The notes: generated from the letters alone by a model not told the origin. Positions 45,806-55,103 are shown, counted from the stretch's first letter. The stretch: 64,000 nt of DNA from an uncultured Myxococcales bacterium (GCA_964554495.1 CAZKOY010000012.1:1665-65664), one strand, 5' to 3'. Numbers and translations: made by a program.

Positions 45806-46630
45806 ATGACCGCGCCTATGTCCCCTCGGTGCTTGCCACCCATCCTCTTTTTGGTCTGGGCCTGCTTGGGTCCCGCCCGTGTAGAGGCCGGTAAGCGACC
45901 GCTGCTTGTGCTTAGCGTCGAAACCAAGGACCGCGCAACGCGTGAACGCTTGGCCCACTCGTCGCTCTCAGAGACCTTGACGAAGCGGCTGATTGCCCAC
46001 CTTGAGCTGATGGGCGAGCGGCCGATCCTCCCCAGCGTGCGAGAGGCCGGGCGGCTTTGCGATCGCGACTGTCAGGTGCGCCTTGCACAACGCAGCAATG
46101 GCGACATCCTGCGGGCGGAAGTGCTGCATGGCGTAGAATCCTATGATCTATCGGTTTGGTTATGGCGATTTGATAATGAGAAAAACCAACCCGCCACCGA
46201 ATACCCAATAGAAGAAAAGGCCATCTGTGAAGGGTGCAGCGAATCCCGGCTGATTGGCGCACTATGCGAGACCGCAGGAAGGCTTTTAGAGGCCAGCCCA
46301 TCCCGCGCGGAAGCGAGCGCCAAGCGACCGGCATCTTCCCCCGAAACCGAGGGTCAGTTGTCGTTTCCCCGTCGGCTCACCGCCGGTCTTTTGGGGGCAG
46401 GGGCCGCGCTGTCCTTGGGGGCGGCGCTGGTCTGGTTTTCCGTGCAGTCAACCGTGGGTGGCAAGACCGTTGATCCGCTCGTCCCCGGCCCGGCTCTCCA
46501 GTGGGATTTTTCTGTCCCGGCCGGGGCGGCCCTTGGGGTGGCCAGCGGGCTGGCGATTTCGGCCATCCTGACCGCCGCCGTTCCCTCACGCCGACGCTCG
46601 CCGGCACCCTATCTCGCGAGTCGGAGGTAG
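45806..46630 (+). CDS. Exported Cys-motif protein with C-terminal hydrophobic hairpin (PEGA-protein-like, lacking PEGA)
   Basis: Signal peptide (AEA-like cleavage); CDRDC and CEGC motifs; two C-terminal hydrophobic helices; same layout as the distal half of 34548..36080. Confidence 0.6.
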   Translation: MTAPMSPRCLPPILFLVWACLGPARVEAGKRPLLVLSVETKDRATRERLAHSSLSETLTKRLIAHLELMGERPILPSVREAGRLCDRDCQVRLAQRSNGDILRAEVLHGVESYDLSVWLWRFDNEKNQPATEYPIEEKAICEGCSESRLIGALCETAGRLLEASPSRAEASAKRPASSPETEGQLSFPRRLTAGLLGAGAALSLGAALVWFSVQSTVGGKTVDPLVPGPALQWDFSVPAGAALGVASGLAISAILTAAVPSRRRSPAPYLASRR

Positions 46631-46634
46631 TTCG

Positions 46635-47303
46635 ATGCAGATCCTGCGCCCCCTTTTCTTGTGTCTAATGCTTGTTCCTCTGCAGGCCTGCTTCGATCTC
46701 TATACGCGATCTGCCGATTCCCCACTAACCCCCGATTCCTCCACCGACATGTCGAGCGCGTCGCAGTCAGATGGCGCTATGTCAGACATGGCAGATCCCC
46801 TATTTGTGCAAAAGAAATATGTGCCAGATATTCGGAATCGAGAATCCTTGGCAGCGATTTCGACTGACACAAATGTCATAGTTACTTCATCTCAAATTGG
46901 TTCAGAAATCTATATTAAGTGTTATAGAAATAAGCCAGATTCCACAGAATGGAAGGATTCATGTACGTTCGATGGTGAGATGATGATTCAAGTCAATACG
47001 GACAGCAATTCAGGATTTCTCGCTGCATTTCTGCCCAATGGTTTACTCCTTGTGGCTAGAAAAAAGTCGGTCATTGGAAACAGGGAATATAATCTTGAAC
47101 TTTATTCTACGAAGGAAATATCCAACGGTAGGCTTGTTAGGGTAAAGGAAGTCTCGTCCGCATTAAAGTACCCTTCGTCCACCGTCAGCGCTATTCGATT
47201 ATCATCGGATGCGCAGAAGATTTTTGTTGAAACATACTCCACTTCTGACATGGGCACAGAGTCGCAGGTTGTTTCGTTGAATACTCCGCAGGCTGCGCCT
47301 TAG
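46635..47303 (+). CDS. Hypothetical lipoprotein with a low-GC core
   Basis: Lipobox LQAC; coupled to neighbours (4- and 7-nt gaps). Confidence 0.7.
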   Translation: MQILRPLFLCLMLVPLQACFDLYTRSADSPLTPDSSTDMSSASQSDGAMSDMADPLFVQKKYVPDIRNRESLAAISTDTNVIVTSSQIGSEIYIKCYRNKPDSTEWKDSCTFDGEMMIQVNTDSNSGFLAAFLPNGLLLVARKKSVIGNREYNLELYSTKEISNGRLVRVKEVSSALKYPSSTVSAIRLSSDAQKIFVETYSTSDMGTESQVVSLNTPQAAP

Positions 47304-47310
47304 GAACCAC

Positions 47311-48933
47311 ATGTTTGCACCGGGATATGTCTTAAACGGTGTCTATCGCGTGGTGCGGCCGCCCGCGCACGGCGGCATGGCGCTGGTGTACCAGGTCGAG
47401 CACATCCAGCTTGGCATCCATCGGGCGCTGAAGGTCTTGCAGCCCAAGTACAGCAACGACGAAGAGTGCGTGGCGCGGTTCAAAAAGGAAGCACAGCTTA
47501 TGGCGCACCTGCGCGATCCACACATCGCGCAGATTCACGACTTCGGCGTCACCGATCAGGGGCTTTTGTACCTGGTGATGGAATGGCTGGACGGCGAAGA
47601 TCTATCCCAACTGCGCCAGCGTCAGCCACGGCAGCCTTTGCCCTTCGTGCTGCACCTGTGTCGTCAAGTCGGGGCGGCGCTGACCGCCAGCCATCGCGTC
47701 GGTGTTGTCCATCGCGATCTCAAGCCGGCCAATATTTTTCTGTGTCAGTCCGAGCCTCCCCGCGAACCCGATACGCTCGACCACCAAGAGGGGGGCAGCT
47801 TCCATCGAAAACCCGCGCTGTATGCACCGCCCAGCGAGCCGCAGTGCAAGGTGGTCGACTTTGGCATTGCGCACTTGATGGGCCACTTCGCCGGCTCGGG
47901 ACCCAGCAAGCATCCGCATCCACCGACGCGAGCCGGGCTGATGCTGGGCACGCCGGGCTATATGGCCCCCGAACAGATCCTGTCCGCCCTGGGTTCTGTG
48001 GGGCCCTATACCGACCAGTTTGCGTTGGCGGTCATTGCCTATGAGCTGCTGATCGGCGAGCGGCTGTTCGTCCCGGAAGGTCGCGACATCGGCGCGCTGT
48101 ATGGCATGGCGCAGCGCATGATGGTCGGCACGCTTCCGCCGCTGCCACCCGAAGCCGAAGCGGCCATCGGCCCTGCGCTGCGGCGCGCTCTGCACCATCA
48201 GCCCGAACAGCGCTGGCCCTCGGTGGCCCAGTTCGTCGAGGCCCTGTCGCAGCCATCCTTGGACCGGCTGACTCAGCCGCTGCCCCGACTGCAGCCCTCG
48301 GCCCATACGCCCGAGCCCGCCGAGTCACTGCGCTTGTCGCCTGCGCCCAGGAGCACATTTGGACAGCGCGCTCGGTGGTTCGGATGGCTGGTGGGCGCGA
48401 TGCTGCTGACGGTGCTGGTGCTGGTTTATTGGCGTCGCAGCGTGTTCTTTGGCCCGCAGCCGCAGCCGCATCTTGTGCTGCGCGCCACCGCTGAGCACAA
48501 GGAACACAACCGTCGCCCGAAAGTGCCCGCCGTTATTCCGCCGCAAGCACCCATCCCAGATCCGGTCGTGACAGCACCGGTCAAGCCATCGCCCGTGGCA
48601 AAGACCTGCAAGCGACACGCCCTGGATATCATTCTGGAAGACGATCGCTCGTTTGGTGCCCAGCACCATCAGTGGATCGCTACTCGCAAAGGGGTTGTGC
48701 GCAAGTGCATTGATGACTTGCACTTGCGGAGCTTGGTTTATTCGCTGCCCGAATTGGTCTTGCGGCGTAGCGGTACGTTGATTGTCGCGAACGCTTCCTT
48801 TCCTCCCGCCAAAGCAAAAATGTTGGAGAGCTGCCTCGAAAACAGCTTAAAGCCGCAGTGGCGGCCACGAACGGTACGCATCAGGACGACCACCAGCATT
48901 GACCCACATCCATGTTCCAACAAAGCAAAGTAA
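47311..48933 (+). CDS. Membrane Ser/Thr protein kinase
   Basis: HGGMALVY, ALKVL, HRDLKPANIF, VVDFGIA, GTPGYMAPEQ; TM WLVGAMLLTVLVLVYW; Cys-containing C-terminal domain. Confidence 0.93.
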   Translation: MFAPGYVLNGVYRVVRPPAHGGMALVYQVEHIQLGIHRALKVLQPKYSNDEECVARFKKEAQLMAHLRDPHIAQIHDFGVTDQGLLYLVMEWLDGEDLSQLRQRQPRQPLPFVLHLCRQVGAALTASHRVGVVHRDLKPANIFLCQSEPPREPDTLDHQEGGSFHRKPALYAPPSEPQCKVVDFGIAHLMGHFAGSGPSKHPHPPTRAGLMLGTPGYMAPEQILSALGSVGPYTDQFALAVIAYELLIGERLFVPEGRDIGALYGMAQRMMVGTLPPLPPEAEAAIGPALRRALHHQPEQRWPSVAQFVEALSQPSLDRLTQPLPRLQPSAHTPEPAESLRLSPAPRSTFGQRARWFGWLVGAMLLTVLVLVYWRRSVFFGPQPQPHLVLRATAEHKEHNRRPKVPAVIPPQAPIPDPVVTAPVKPSPVAKTCKRHALDIILEDDRSFGAQHHQWIATRKGVVRKCIDDLHLRSLVYSLPELVLRRSGTLIVANASFPPAKAKMLESCLENSLKPQWRPRTVRIRTTTSIDPHPCSNKAK

Positions 48934-49619
48934 CCTTTGGGCCGGCCGGATGCCGACTGGCCGTTCTAATGTGCGTGGCCAGCGCGGCCCTTTCGTCCTG
49001 CGCCACGCAGAGTGCGGTGGATCGGCTGCGCGACGAGATGCGCGACATCTTGGCGATGACCTCATGCACCGTGGCGGATCGCGAGCTTTTCGACCGGCTG
49101 CGCGCCGAGTGTCCGCCCGAGACGGCAGCGTCGTGTAAGACGCAGCAGCTTCTGCCGGCCCTGCGCCGTCACGGCGGTCTAGAGGCGCTGTTTCGCGGTC
49201 AGAAGTTCCGCGTCGCGTTTTATCCGCCCCACAACGTCAAGTCGCTGCCCAGCTTTCGCTTGAACCAGCTTGAACGCTTGGTGCGCGGCGGACCGATCTT
49301 CGACACGACGCGCTTTGTTGTCGTCGCTCGCACCGACCCCAACGAATCGGCCCGCGAGTCCGATGCCATGGCGCGCAGTCAGCTTGTCGTCAAGCACCTC
49401 AAGGAGTACTTGAGCAAGTCTCGCCGTGATGACAACACCGACGATGACGAGCCAGCGAGCAGCCAGTCTCGTGGCGCCATCGACAAGATGATTTGGCGCT
49501 GGCGCTACGACGAAAAGTTGAAGCTCAAAGACATGGACGAGCTCGATCGGCCGCTCGACAACATCGGCGAGCCGCAGAACCTAAACCGCGGTGTCTGGGT
49601 GTTCCGTGTGGACTGCTAA
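48912..49619 (+). CDS. Lipoprotein, possibly with a divergent OmpA-like C-terminal domain
   Basis: Lipobox LSSC; VVARTD...ARSQLVVKHL...LNRGVWV loosely follows the OmpA_C GHTD...RA..V...NRRV layout. Confidence 0.45.
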   Translation: MFQQSKVTFGPAGCRLAVLMCVASAALSSCATQSAVDRLRDEMRDILAMTSCTVADRELFDRLRAECPPETAASCKTQQLLPALRRHGGLEALFRGQKFRVAFYPPHNVKSLPSFRLNQLERLVRGGPIFDTTRFVVVARTDPNESARESDAMARSQLVVKHLKEYLSKSRRDDNTDDDEPASSQSRGAIDKMIWRWRYDEKLKLKDMDELDRPLDNIGEPQNLNRGVWVFRVDC

Positions 49620-50193
49620 CCTGCTGGGCGCTCTTCTGCACTGGGTATTGTTTGCGTCGCTGCCGCTTGCCGCCACCGCCGCGCCCGATGAGCTAGAACA
49701 GCGCCGCGGCGAGGTCGCCTTGCTGCACCGAAGCGTGGACTTGTCGACCCTGCAGGTCTGGGCCCCCGAGCGCAAGGCTTGGCAGCCCGCTCGCGGCATC
49801 GCTGCCCCGGTGTCCGTCGTTCATTTCTGGGCCATCGAGTGTGCCCCCTGTGTCCGCGAGCTTCCGGTGTGGCGCGACATCGTGCTGGCCGCGCAGCGCA
49901 GCCCCTTGGCGCAGAAGATCGCGTTTGTCTTCATTACCGAGACCTACGACGACGAGAGCCTTTCTCAGTTCCTGCAAACCAAAAGCGACGAGTTCCCGCC
50001 CGTCGGGATCTATCGCAGCAAAGAGAGCGATCGTCGCCTGCGCAACGCCATCCAGACCGATAAGCTGCCGGTTACGCTGCTGGTCGATCAGCGTTCGGCC
50101 ATCCGGCATGCACTACTCGGCCCGATCGCCGACCGACGCGGAGAATTCGTCTCAGCCCTGACCCGCCTCATCGCATTGCGCTCTAGCAAGTAG
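49591..50193 (+). CDS. TlpA/ResA-like thioredoxin-fold disulfide reductase
   Basis: VHFWAIECAPCVRELP (CxxC) and LPVTLLVD (cis-Pro). Confidence 0.85.
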   Translation: MSGCSVWTANLLGALLHWVLFASLPLAATAAPDELEQRRGEVALLHRSVDLSTLQVWAPERKAWQPARGIAAPVSVVHFWAIECAPCVRELPVWRDIVLAAQRSPLAQKIAFVFITETYDDESLSQFLQTKSDEFPPVGIYRSKESDRRLRNAIQTDKLPVTLLVDQRSAIRHALLGPIADRRGEFVSALTRLIALRSSK

Positions 50194-50476
50194 GCACCAG
50201 CCAGCGCGCCCCAATGGCAGAGAATCTGCTTCGGCGCACGATTTGAAGAACGCATACGTGCCTGAAATCGCGCGTTTCCGACAGGTCCGCGCATGTTTCC
50301 CAATCGATCGACCCTGGTGGTGATTTTGCGCCAGTTCAACCGCTGGTAGCGGGGGGAACGCCTGCCGGACCTGCCCCAGCCCGGTCCCTGTTCCGCCTTA
50401 TCCGGTCAGCCTTTGGTGGCGAAAGCGGGCGCGGCTGCATTGACCACGCACGGGGTTTTGGCACACCCTGCCCGCC

Positions 50477-51484
50477 ATGCTTGTTCGCGTCCTGTACCAC
50501 GACAACTGCTTTGACGGCGCCACCTCGGCGGCGCTGTTTTCCGAGTTTTACCGTCGCTGCGTGCGCGCCGATGCCCGCTTTGAGTTTCACGGCATGTCGC
50601 ATGGACCGGGCGATGTGTTCAAGGGCGCGTTCCGCAACCCAGATGCATTTCCCGTCGGGGACGATGGGGCAGGGGGTGTGACGCATGCCTGCGTTGACTT
50701 CCGGTATTCGGCGGATCCGCGGCTGGACTTTTGGTTCGATCACCACCAGAGCGCGTTCATGTCGCCCGAGGACGAAGCGCACTTTTCTGCGGTCAAGAAC
50801 CCGCGGCACTTTTACGACCCCACGGCGCAGTCGTGCAGCAAGTTCTTGGCGGACTCTTGCGCGGCGGCGTATGGCTTCGACACGGCGCCGTTTCGCGAGC
50901 TGATCGAGTGGGCGGATCTGATCGACGGTGCCAAGTTCAAAGATCCGGCGCAGGCCGTGGAATGGAACGAGCCCGCGCTGCAGCTAATGACCTGGGTCGA
51001 AGCGAACCGCGAGCCCCACCTGAAGCGTCGCTTCATCGCCGATCTGACGACGCGCAGCCTGACTGAGATTGCCGCCCAAGACTATGTGCAGGATGCGCTG
51101 TCGCCAATTCGTCGCCATGCCGATCGCTTCTTGCAAGCGGTGCGCGAGCGGGCGCAGTACGAAGACGGCGTGGTGTTCTTTGACGTCAGCGACCTGTCGC
51201 TGCAGACGGTCAGCAAGTTCGTGCCGTATTACCTGCACCCGGATGCGCACTATGTCGTCGGGGTCATGCAGATGCCGGGGCGCACCAAGATCAGCGTCGG
51301 CAGCAACCCATGGCGGGCCGAGCGACGTACCGCGAACATCGCATCGATCTGCAGCCGACATGGCGGGGGCGGGCACCCGGCGGTGGGGGCGATCTCGCTT
51401 CCAGCCAGTGACATCGAAGGGACGCGCCGCATCGCCCGCGACATCGCGACCGAGCTACGCAGCGCCGCACGCAGCGAGCGCTAA
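50477..51484 (+). CDS. DHH family phosphoesterase (DHH + DHHA1)
   Basis: YHDNCFDG, VDF, WFDHH, GGGGHPAVG. Confidence 0.85.
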   Translation: MLVRVLYHDNCFDGATSAALFSEFYRRCVRADARFEFHGMSHGPGDVFKGAFRNPDAFPVGDDGAGGVTHACVDFRYSADPRLDFWFDHHQSAFMSPEDEAHFSAVKNPRHFYDPTAQSCSKFLADSCAAAYGFDTAPFRELIEWADLIDGAKFKDPAQAVEWNEPALQLMTWVEANREPHLKRRFIADLTTRSLTEIAAQDYVQDALSPIRRHADRFLQAVRERAQYEDGVVFFDVSDLSLQTVSKFVPYYLHPDAHYVVGVMQMPGRTKISVGSNPWRAERRTANIASICSRHGGGGHPAVGAISLPASDIEGTRRIARDIATELRSAARSER

Positions 51485-51555
51485 CCCACGGCATTCACCA
51501 CGCTCTAGAAGCTCGCAGGGCCGGTGCGACTGCGCTAGCGCGGGCTGGGAGCGTC

Positions 51556-52839
51556 CTAGACAGCGGGCTTGGTGGGCGGCTCGCTGCGGGCCTCGCTCGC
51601 CACAGGTGGAGCAAGCTGCAGACGTAGATCTTCCAGGCCGCTCAGAAGCTCTTTGGCGTCGCCATTGGCGCGCTGAGCCAGGCGGTTGCCCTTGCGAATG
51701 CCCTGGGCCAGCGAGCTGATCTGCGTGGCCAGGTTCAAGCTGGCGGTGCTGAGCTCGGCGGTGGCGTCGGCGATGCCGCGCACGGTGCTTTCGCTGCGCT
51801 TGGCGCCGCTGTGGATCTGTTCCAGCACTCGACCGGCTTGGCGCGACAAAGCCAGGCTCGATGCGACGCCCTGCAGGGCCTGCTGCATGGTCGAGACCGC
51901 GCGCTGTGTCTCGTGCTCGATGCCTTCGATGATCGTGGTGACCTGACGCGTCGACTGCGCAGTGCGATCGGCCAAGCGACGTACCGCATCGGCGACGGCA
52001 GAAAATCCCCCGCCATGCTTGCCGGCCCGCGCGGCTTCGATGGCCGCGTTTAGCGACAGCACCTTGGTCTGGTCGGCGACGTCTTTGATGACGCTGACGA
52101 TCGACGAGATGCTGGCGGTCTTTTGGCTGAGCGCAAGGAGGGTCTGCGCCGTCTGATCAACGACGGTCGAGACGTGCTGGATCTCGCGGCCAGCGGCTTC
52201 GACGACGCGTACGCCTTGCTCGGCATGGACGCGGGCGCTATCGGTAAACTCGTGGGCTTCTTTGGCGCGCTCGGCCAGGACGATGGCGTTTGAGGACGTG
52301 GTCTCGATGCTGATGGCGGTCTGATCGACGGGCTGCTTGGCGATCTGCGCGACTTGTTCGAGCGCCTGCAAAAGAGACTGAGCGTTCGTCGCAAGCTGCG
52401 TGCTTCGTTGCCAGGCGGACTGGCGCAGGGCTTCAAGCTGCTTCTGGGCGGCTTCTTGCGCGGCCTCGGCCTGGGCCAGCGCGTCATGGGCCAGCGACTC
52501 TTGCGAGTCCAGTGCGCTGTCACCCACCGTCGGGGATAGCTCAGATGGATCGGCAGAAAAAGGCAGAAGCGAGCCATGCGCAAGCTGACGCAGACGTTCG
52601 AGGCGCTGGCCAAGGCGACGGTGCGCTCGAATGGCGAGATGAAGCGCCGCGCCCACGGTGGCCGCCACGAACAGCAGCAGCAAAAGCAGCCGGCCGATGG
52701 CAAGCTCGGCGCCCGCAGGTCGCGCGCCTGTGGCCCACTCGGCAAGAAGCAGAGCGACGACAGACAGCAAGGCAAGAAGGACCAAGCCCAGGGCGGCCTG
52801 CTGCTGCAGCAAAAGTCGATGACGGCGCAGCCAGTTCAT
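51556..52839 (-). CDS. Methyl-accepting chemotaxis protein with minimal periplasmic loop
   Basis: Two TM helices ~12 aa apart; signalling hairpin LSLNAAIEAARAGKHGGGFSAVADAVRRLA. Confidence 0.88.
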   Translation of the reverse strand: MNWLRRHRLLLQQQAALGLVLLALLSVVALLLAEWATGARPAGAELAIGRLLLLLLFVAATVGAALHLAIRAHRRLGQRLERLRQLAHGSLLPFSADPSELSPTVGDSALDSQESLAHDALAQAEAAQEAAQKQLEALRQSAWQRSTQLATNAQSLLQALEQVAQIAKQPVDQTAISIETTSSNAIVLAERAKEAHEFTDSARVHAEQGVRVVEAAGREIQHVSTVVDQTAQTLLALSQKTASISSIVSVIKDVADQTKVLSLNAAIEAARAGKHGGGFSAVADAVRRLADRTAQSTRQVTTIIEGIEHETQRAVSTMQQALQGVASSLALSRQAGRVLEQIHSGAKRSESTVRGIADATAELSTASLNLATQISSLAQGIRKGNRLAQRANGDAKELLSGLEDLRLQLAPPVASEARSEPPTKPAV

Positions 52840-52916
52840 CGCAAAGGTCTATCGCAGAGCCCGATCGAGAGCCGCGCTCGCAAGGCTCGTGGAATCGATC
52901 GATCGGCGCCGGGCGG

Positions 52917-53387
52917 CTATGCGCCCTGTTCCTTGAGGGCAGCCTGGTAGCGCGCGTACCAGTCATCGAAGTCGCGATACATCTCATAAATGCCGCGGTC
53001 GCCGATCTTCATGCTGACGACGGCCATGCCCATTTCGACGACGGCCGAGTCGACAAGCAGGTGGATCGACGCAATGCGATCCCAGCAGCCATAGACCCAC
53101 TGCTCGAACGCCTGCCGATAGGCAGGTTCATAACCCTTCAAGCCGCGGTCGTCGGTAAAGATGACGATGGGGCGACCGGCGCGCAGGCCGGCTTCGTCCA
53201 TCTCTTTGGTGATGAGCGCCACAAGCGGCGCTTCGCCATAGCCGAAGGCAGCCAGGCGCATGACAAAGGGACTGGGCTGCCAGATGTGGAAGGTTCCCTT
53301 GCCATACGAAAGCTGGCGCTCAGGAGGGATCGAAGCGAGAGGATTTTCCATGGTTGCCATTTTCCAAAGTCGCGAAAAGAGCGTCAA
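52917..53387 (-). CDS. Hypothetical protein, STAS/SpoIIAA-like
   Basis: 156 aa; IVIFTDDRGLKGY, IHLLV..AVVEMG pattern of small myxobacterial STAS-like proteins. Confidence 0.5.
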   Translation of the reverse strand: MTLFSRLWKMATMENPLASIPPERQLSYGKGTFHIWQPSPFVMRLAAFGYGEAPLVALITKEMDEAGLRAGRPIVIFTDDRGLKGYEPAYRQAFEQWVYGCWDRIASIHLLVDSAVVEMGMAVVSMKIGDRGIYEMYRDFDDWYARYQAALKEQGA

Positions 53388-53448
53388 TGCGAATCACGAG
53401 CGTGGCTGTGACCTGCGTGTGGGCAGCCGTGTCGCGCACCGCTTTTGG

Positions 53449-54063
53449 CTAGCTGGGTGGGCCGCCCGCGCGCGAAGCAGGACGAGCCGCAGCGGGTGCG
53501 GCCGGCGTGGCTGCTGGATAGGCCGGACGCTGCGCGCTCTGCGCCGGAGTCGTCGCGGCGGGCTTCTGCCCCTTGTTTCCCAGCTTGCCGGCGACGGTGC
53601 GCACGGCTCCGACGGCTTTTTGTGCCAGGGTCGGGTTTTGACCTTGGGGCTGCTGACCTTGGGGCTGCTGACCTTGGGGCTGCTGACCGGCGACGGTACG
53701 CACGGCTCCGAGCGCGGTCTGCGTCAAGGTCGGGTTTTGGCCTTGGGGTTGCTGGCCTTGCGGCTGGCCTTGCGGCTGGCCTTGCGGCTGACCTGCAGCA
53801 GGACTGCCGCCGCGCACGGCTTGCACGGCCTGGCCTGCGACGGGTGCGACCTTGCCGGCGAAGCCCTGAACCGTACCCAGCAGGCCACCCGACTGCGGCT
53901 GCGCAGGGGCTGTGGCGGACCCGGCGCTCTGCGCAGGCGCAGGGCCACCGGGCGGACCTTGGGCGAAAGCGGGGTTGGGTTGAATCAGGGCGGCCAGGCT
54001 CAGCGCACAGGCCGCTGCCATGTGAAGCAGGCTCTTTTCGGCGAAGAGCGGTGTTGATTTCAT
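53449..54063 (-). CDS. Secreted low-complexity Gln/Pro/Gly-rich repeat protein
   Basis: ATG 54063 with GGAGG RBS; signal peptide ending AFA-Q; QPQG/QQPQG repeats; duplicated NPTL.Q.A.GAVRTVAG. Confidence 0.75.
   Translation of the reverse strand: MKSTPLFAEKSLLHMAAACALSLAALIQPNPAFAQGPPGGPAPAQSAGSATAPAQPQSGGLLGTVQGFAGKVAPVAGQAVQAVRGGSPAAGQPQGQPQGQPQGQQPQGQNPTLTQTALGAVRTVAGQQPQGQQPQGQQPQGQNPTLAQKAVGAVRTVAGKLGNKGQKPAATTPAQSAQRPAYPAATPAAPAAARPASRAGGPPS
53641..53685. repeat. 3 x 15-bp perfect tandem repeat (codes QQPQG)
   Basis: accttggggctgctg three times. Confidence 0.9.
53755..53790. repeat. 3 x 12-bp perfect tandem repeat (codes QPQG)
   Basis: gccttgcggctg three times. Confidence 0.9.
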
Positions 54064-54125
54064 GCGTCCTCCCGTCGCGATCTTATCACCGTGAGCCGGC
54101 GGGGCGGGGACTTCCAAGGCCGCAG

Positions 54126-55100
54126 CTAGGCCGAAGCGGGAAGGAATGCATCAGCCAGGATGTCGCGCCGACTGGCTCCGGCCAGAAAAACGAGCCGTCG
54201 CAGGGTCTGCACAAGCTGCGGATCGCCGCACAGAAAGATCCGAAAGCCGGCGAGCTTGGGATACTGCTGCAAGAGCACATCAGAGAGCGAGGCGACCTGG
54301 ACCGTCGGTGGCTGATGGGCGCTGGGCTCCAGAGCAAATGCTTGATAGCGAACCTGCGGCTGTGCTTGGGCCAGCGTCTGTAGTTCGTCCTGGTAGTACA
54401 GACCTTGCGCGATGCGGCTTGCATGTAAGAGCACGATGGGCCCCTTGTGCCCCTGGCCGAGCGCATCGCGAAGGATGCCCCAAAGAGGGGCGAGGCCCGT
54501 ACCGCTGCCGATGAGCAGCAGCGGCTGCTCAGGCCGACCACCGACATAAAAGCACTCGCCAGCCGGACCGCGCAGCGAAAGGACATCGCCCGGCGTGAGC
54601 GTCCGCAGCCAGCCCGACATACGACCGTGGGGATACAGGCGGACATGAAGCTCTAAATAGGAATCCTGGCTGGGTACGCTGGCCAGGGAATAGCTTCGGG
54701 TCAGTCCGTCGTCGCGCTGGATATTGATGAACTGCCCAGCGCGATAGGAAAAATCGCGCTCGGGGACCAGGCGCAGGCGCAGCACGCTATCGGAAAGCTG
54801 CACGGACTCGCGCAGCTCAGCTCGGACCTGTAAGCCGTCGCTGTCGGTGGTGCTAAGCCCCAGATCGCAGTCAGCCGGCGTGATGCAGGAAAGGAAATAA
54901 CCACGCTCGCGAAGGCTGTCTTTCAGGCCTTGCTGACCGATGGAATTGGGAATTCCCACGGTGGCTCGCAGCAGACAGGATTGACAGGCACCGGCTCGAC
55001 ACGAGCTGGGAACCGTGGCACCGGCCCGCAAAAGGGCCGTAAGCACAGTCTCGCCGGGCTGTGCATCAACGACATGGTCACCGAGCGTGAGGCGGGCCAC
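54126..55100 (-). CDS. 2Fe-2S ferredoxin / FAD / NAD(P)H oxidoreductase
   Basis: CRAGACQSC...FLSC (plant-type 2Fe-2S), RSYSLAS, G.MS, GSGTGLAP, FLCG.P. Confidence 0.92.
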   Translation of the reverse strand: MARLTLGDHVVDAQPGETVLTALLRAGATVPSSCRAGACQSCLLRATVGIPNSIGQQGLKDSLRERGYFLSCITPADCDLGLSTTDSDGLQVRAELRESVQLSDSVLRLRLVPERDFSYRAGQFINIQRDDGLTRSYSLASVPSQDSYLELHVRLYPHGRMSGWLRTLTPGDVLSLRGPAGECFYVGGRPEQPLLLIGSGTGLAPLWGILRDALGQGHKGPIVLLHASRIAQGLYYQDELQTLAQAQPQVRYQAFALEPSAHQPPTVQVASLSDVLLQQYPKLAGFRIFLCGDPQLVQTLRRLVFLAGASRRDILADAFLPASA

Positions 55101-55103
55101 CCG

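Noticed and set aside
50459-50471. TGGCAC...TGC upstream of the DHH gene as a sigma54 promoter
   Set aside because: GG-to-GC spacing is 8 nt rather than the required 10.
53641-53790. Short tandem repeats as possible CRISPR or REP elements
   Set aside because: Head-to-tail with no spacers, lengths are multiples of 3, and they code QPQG.
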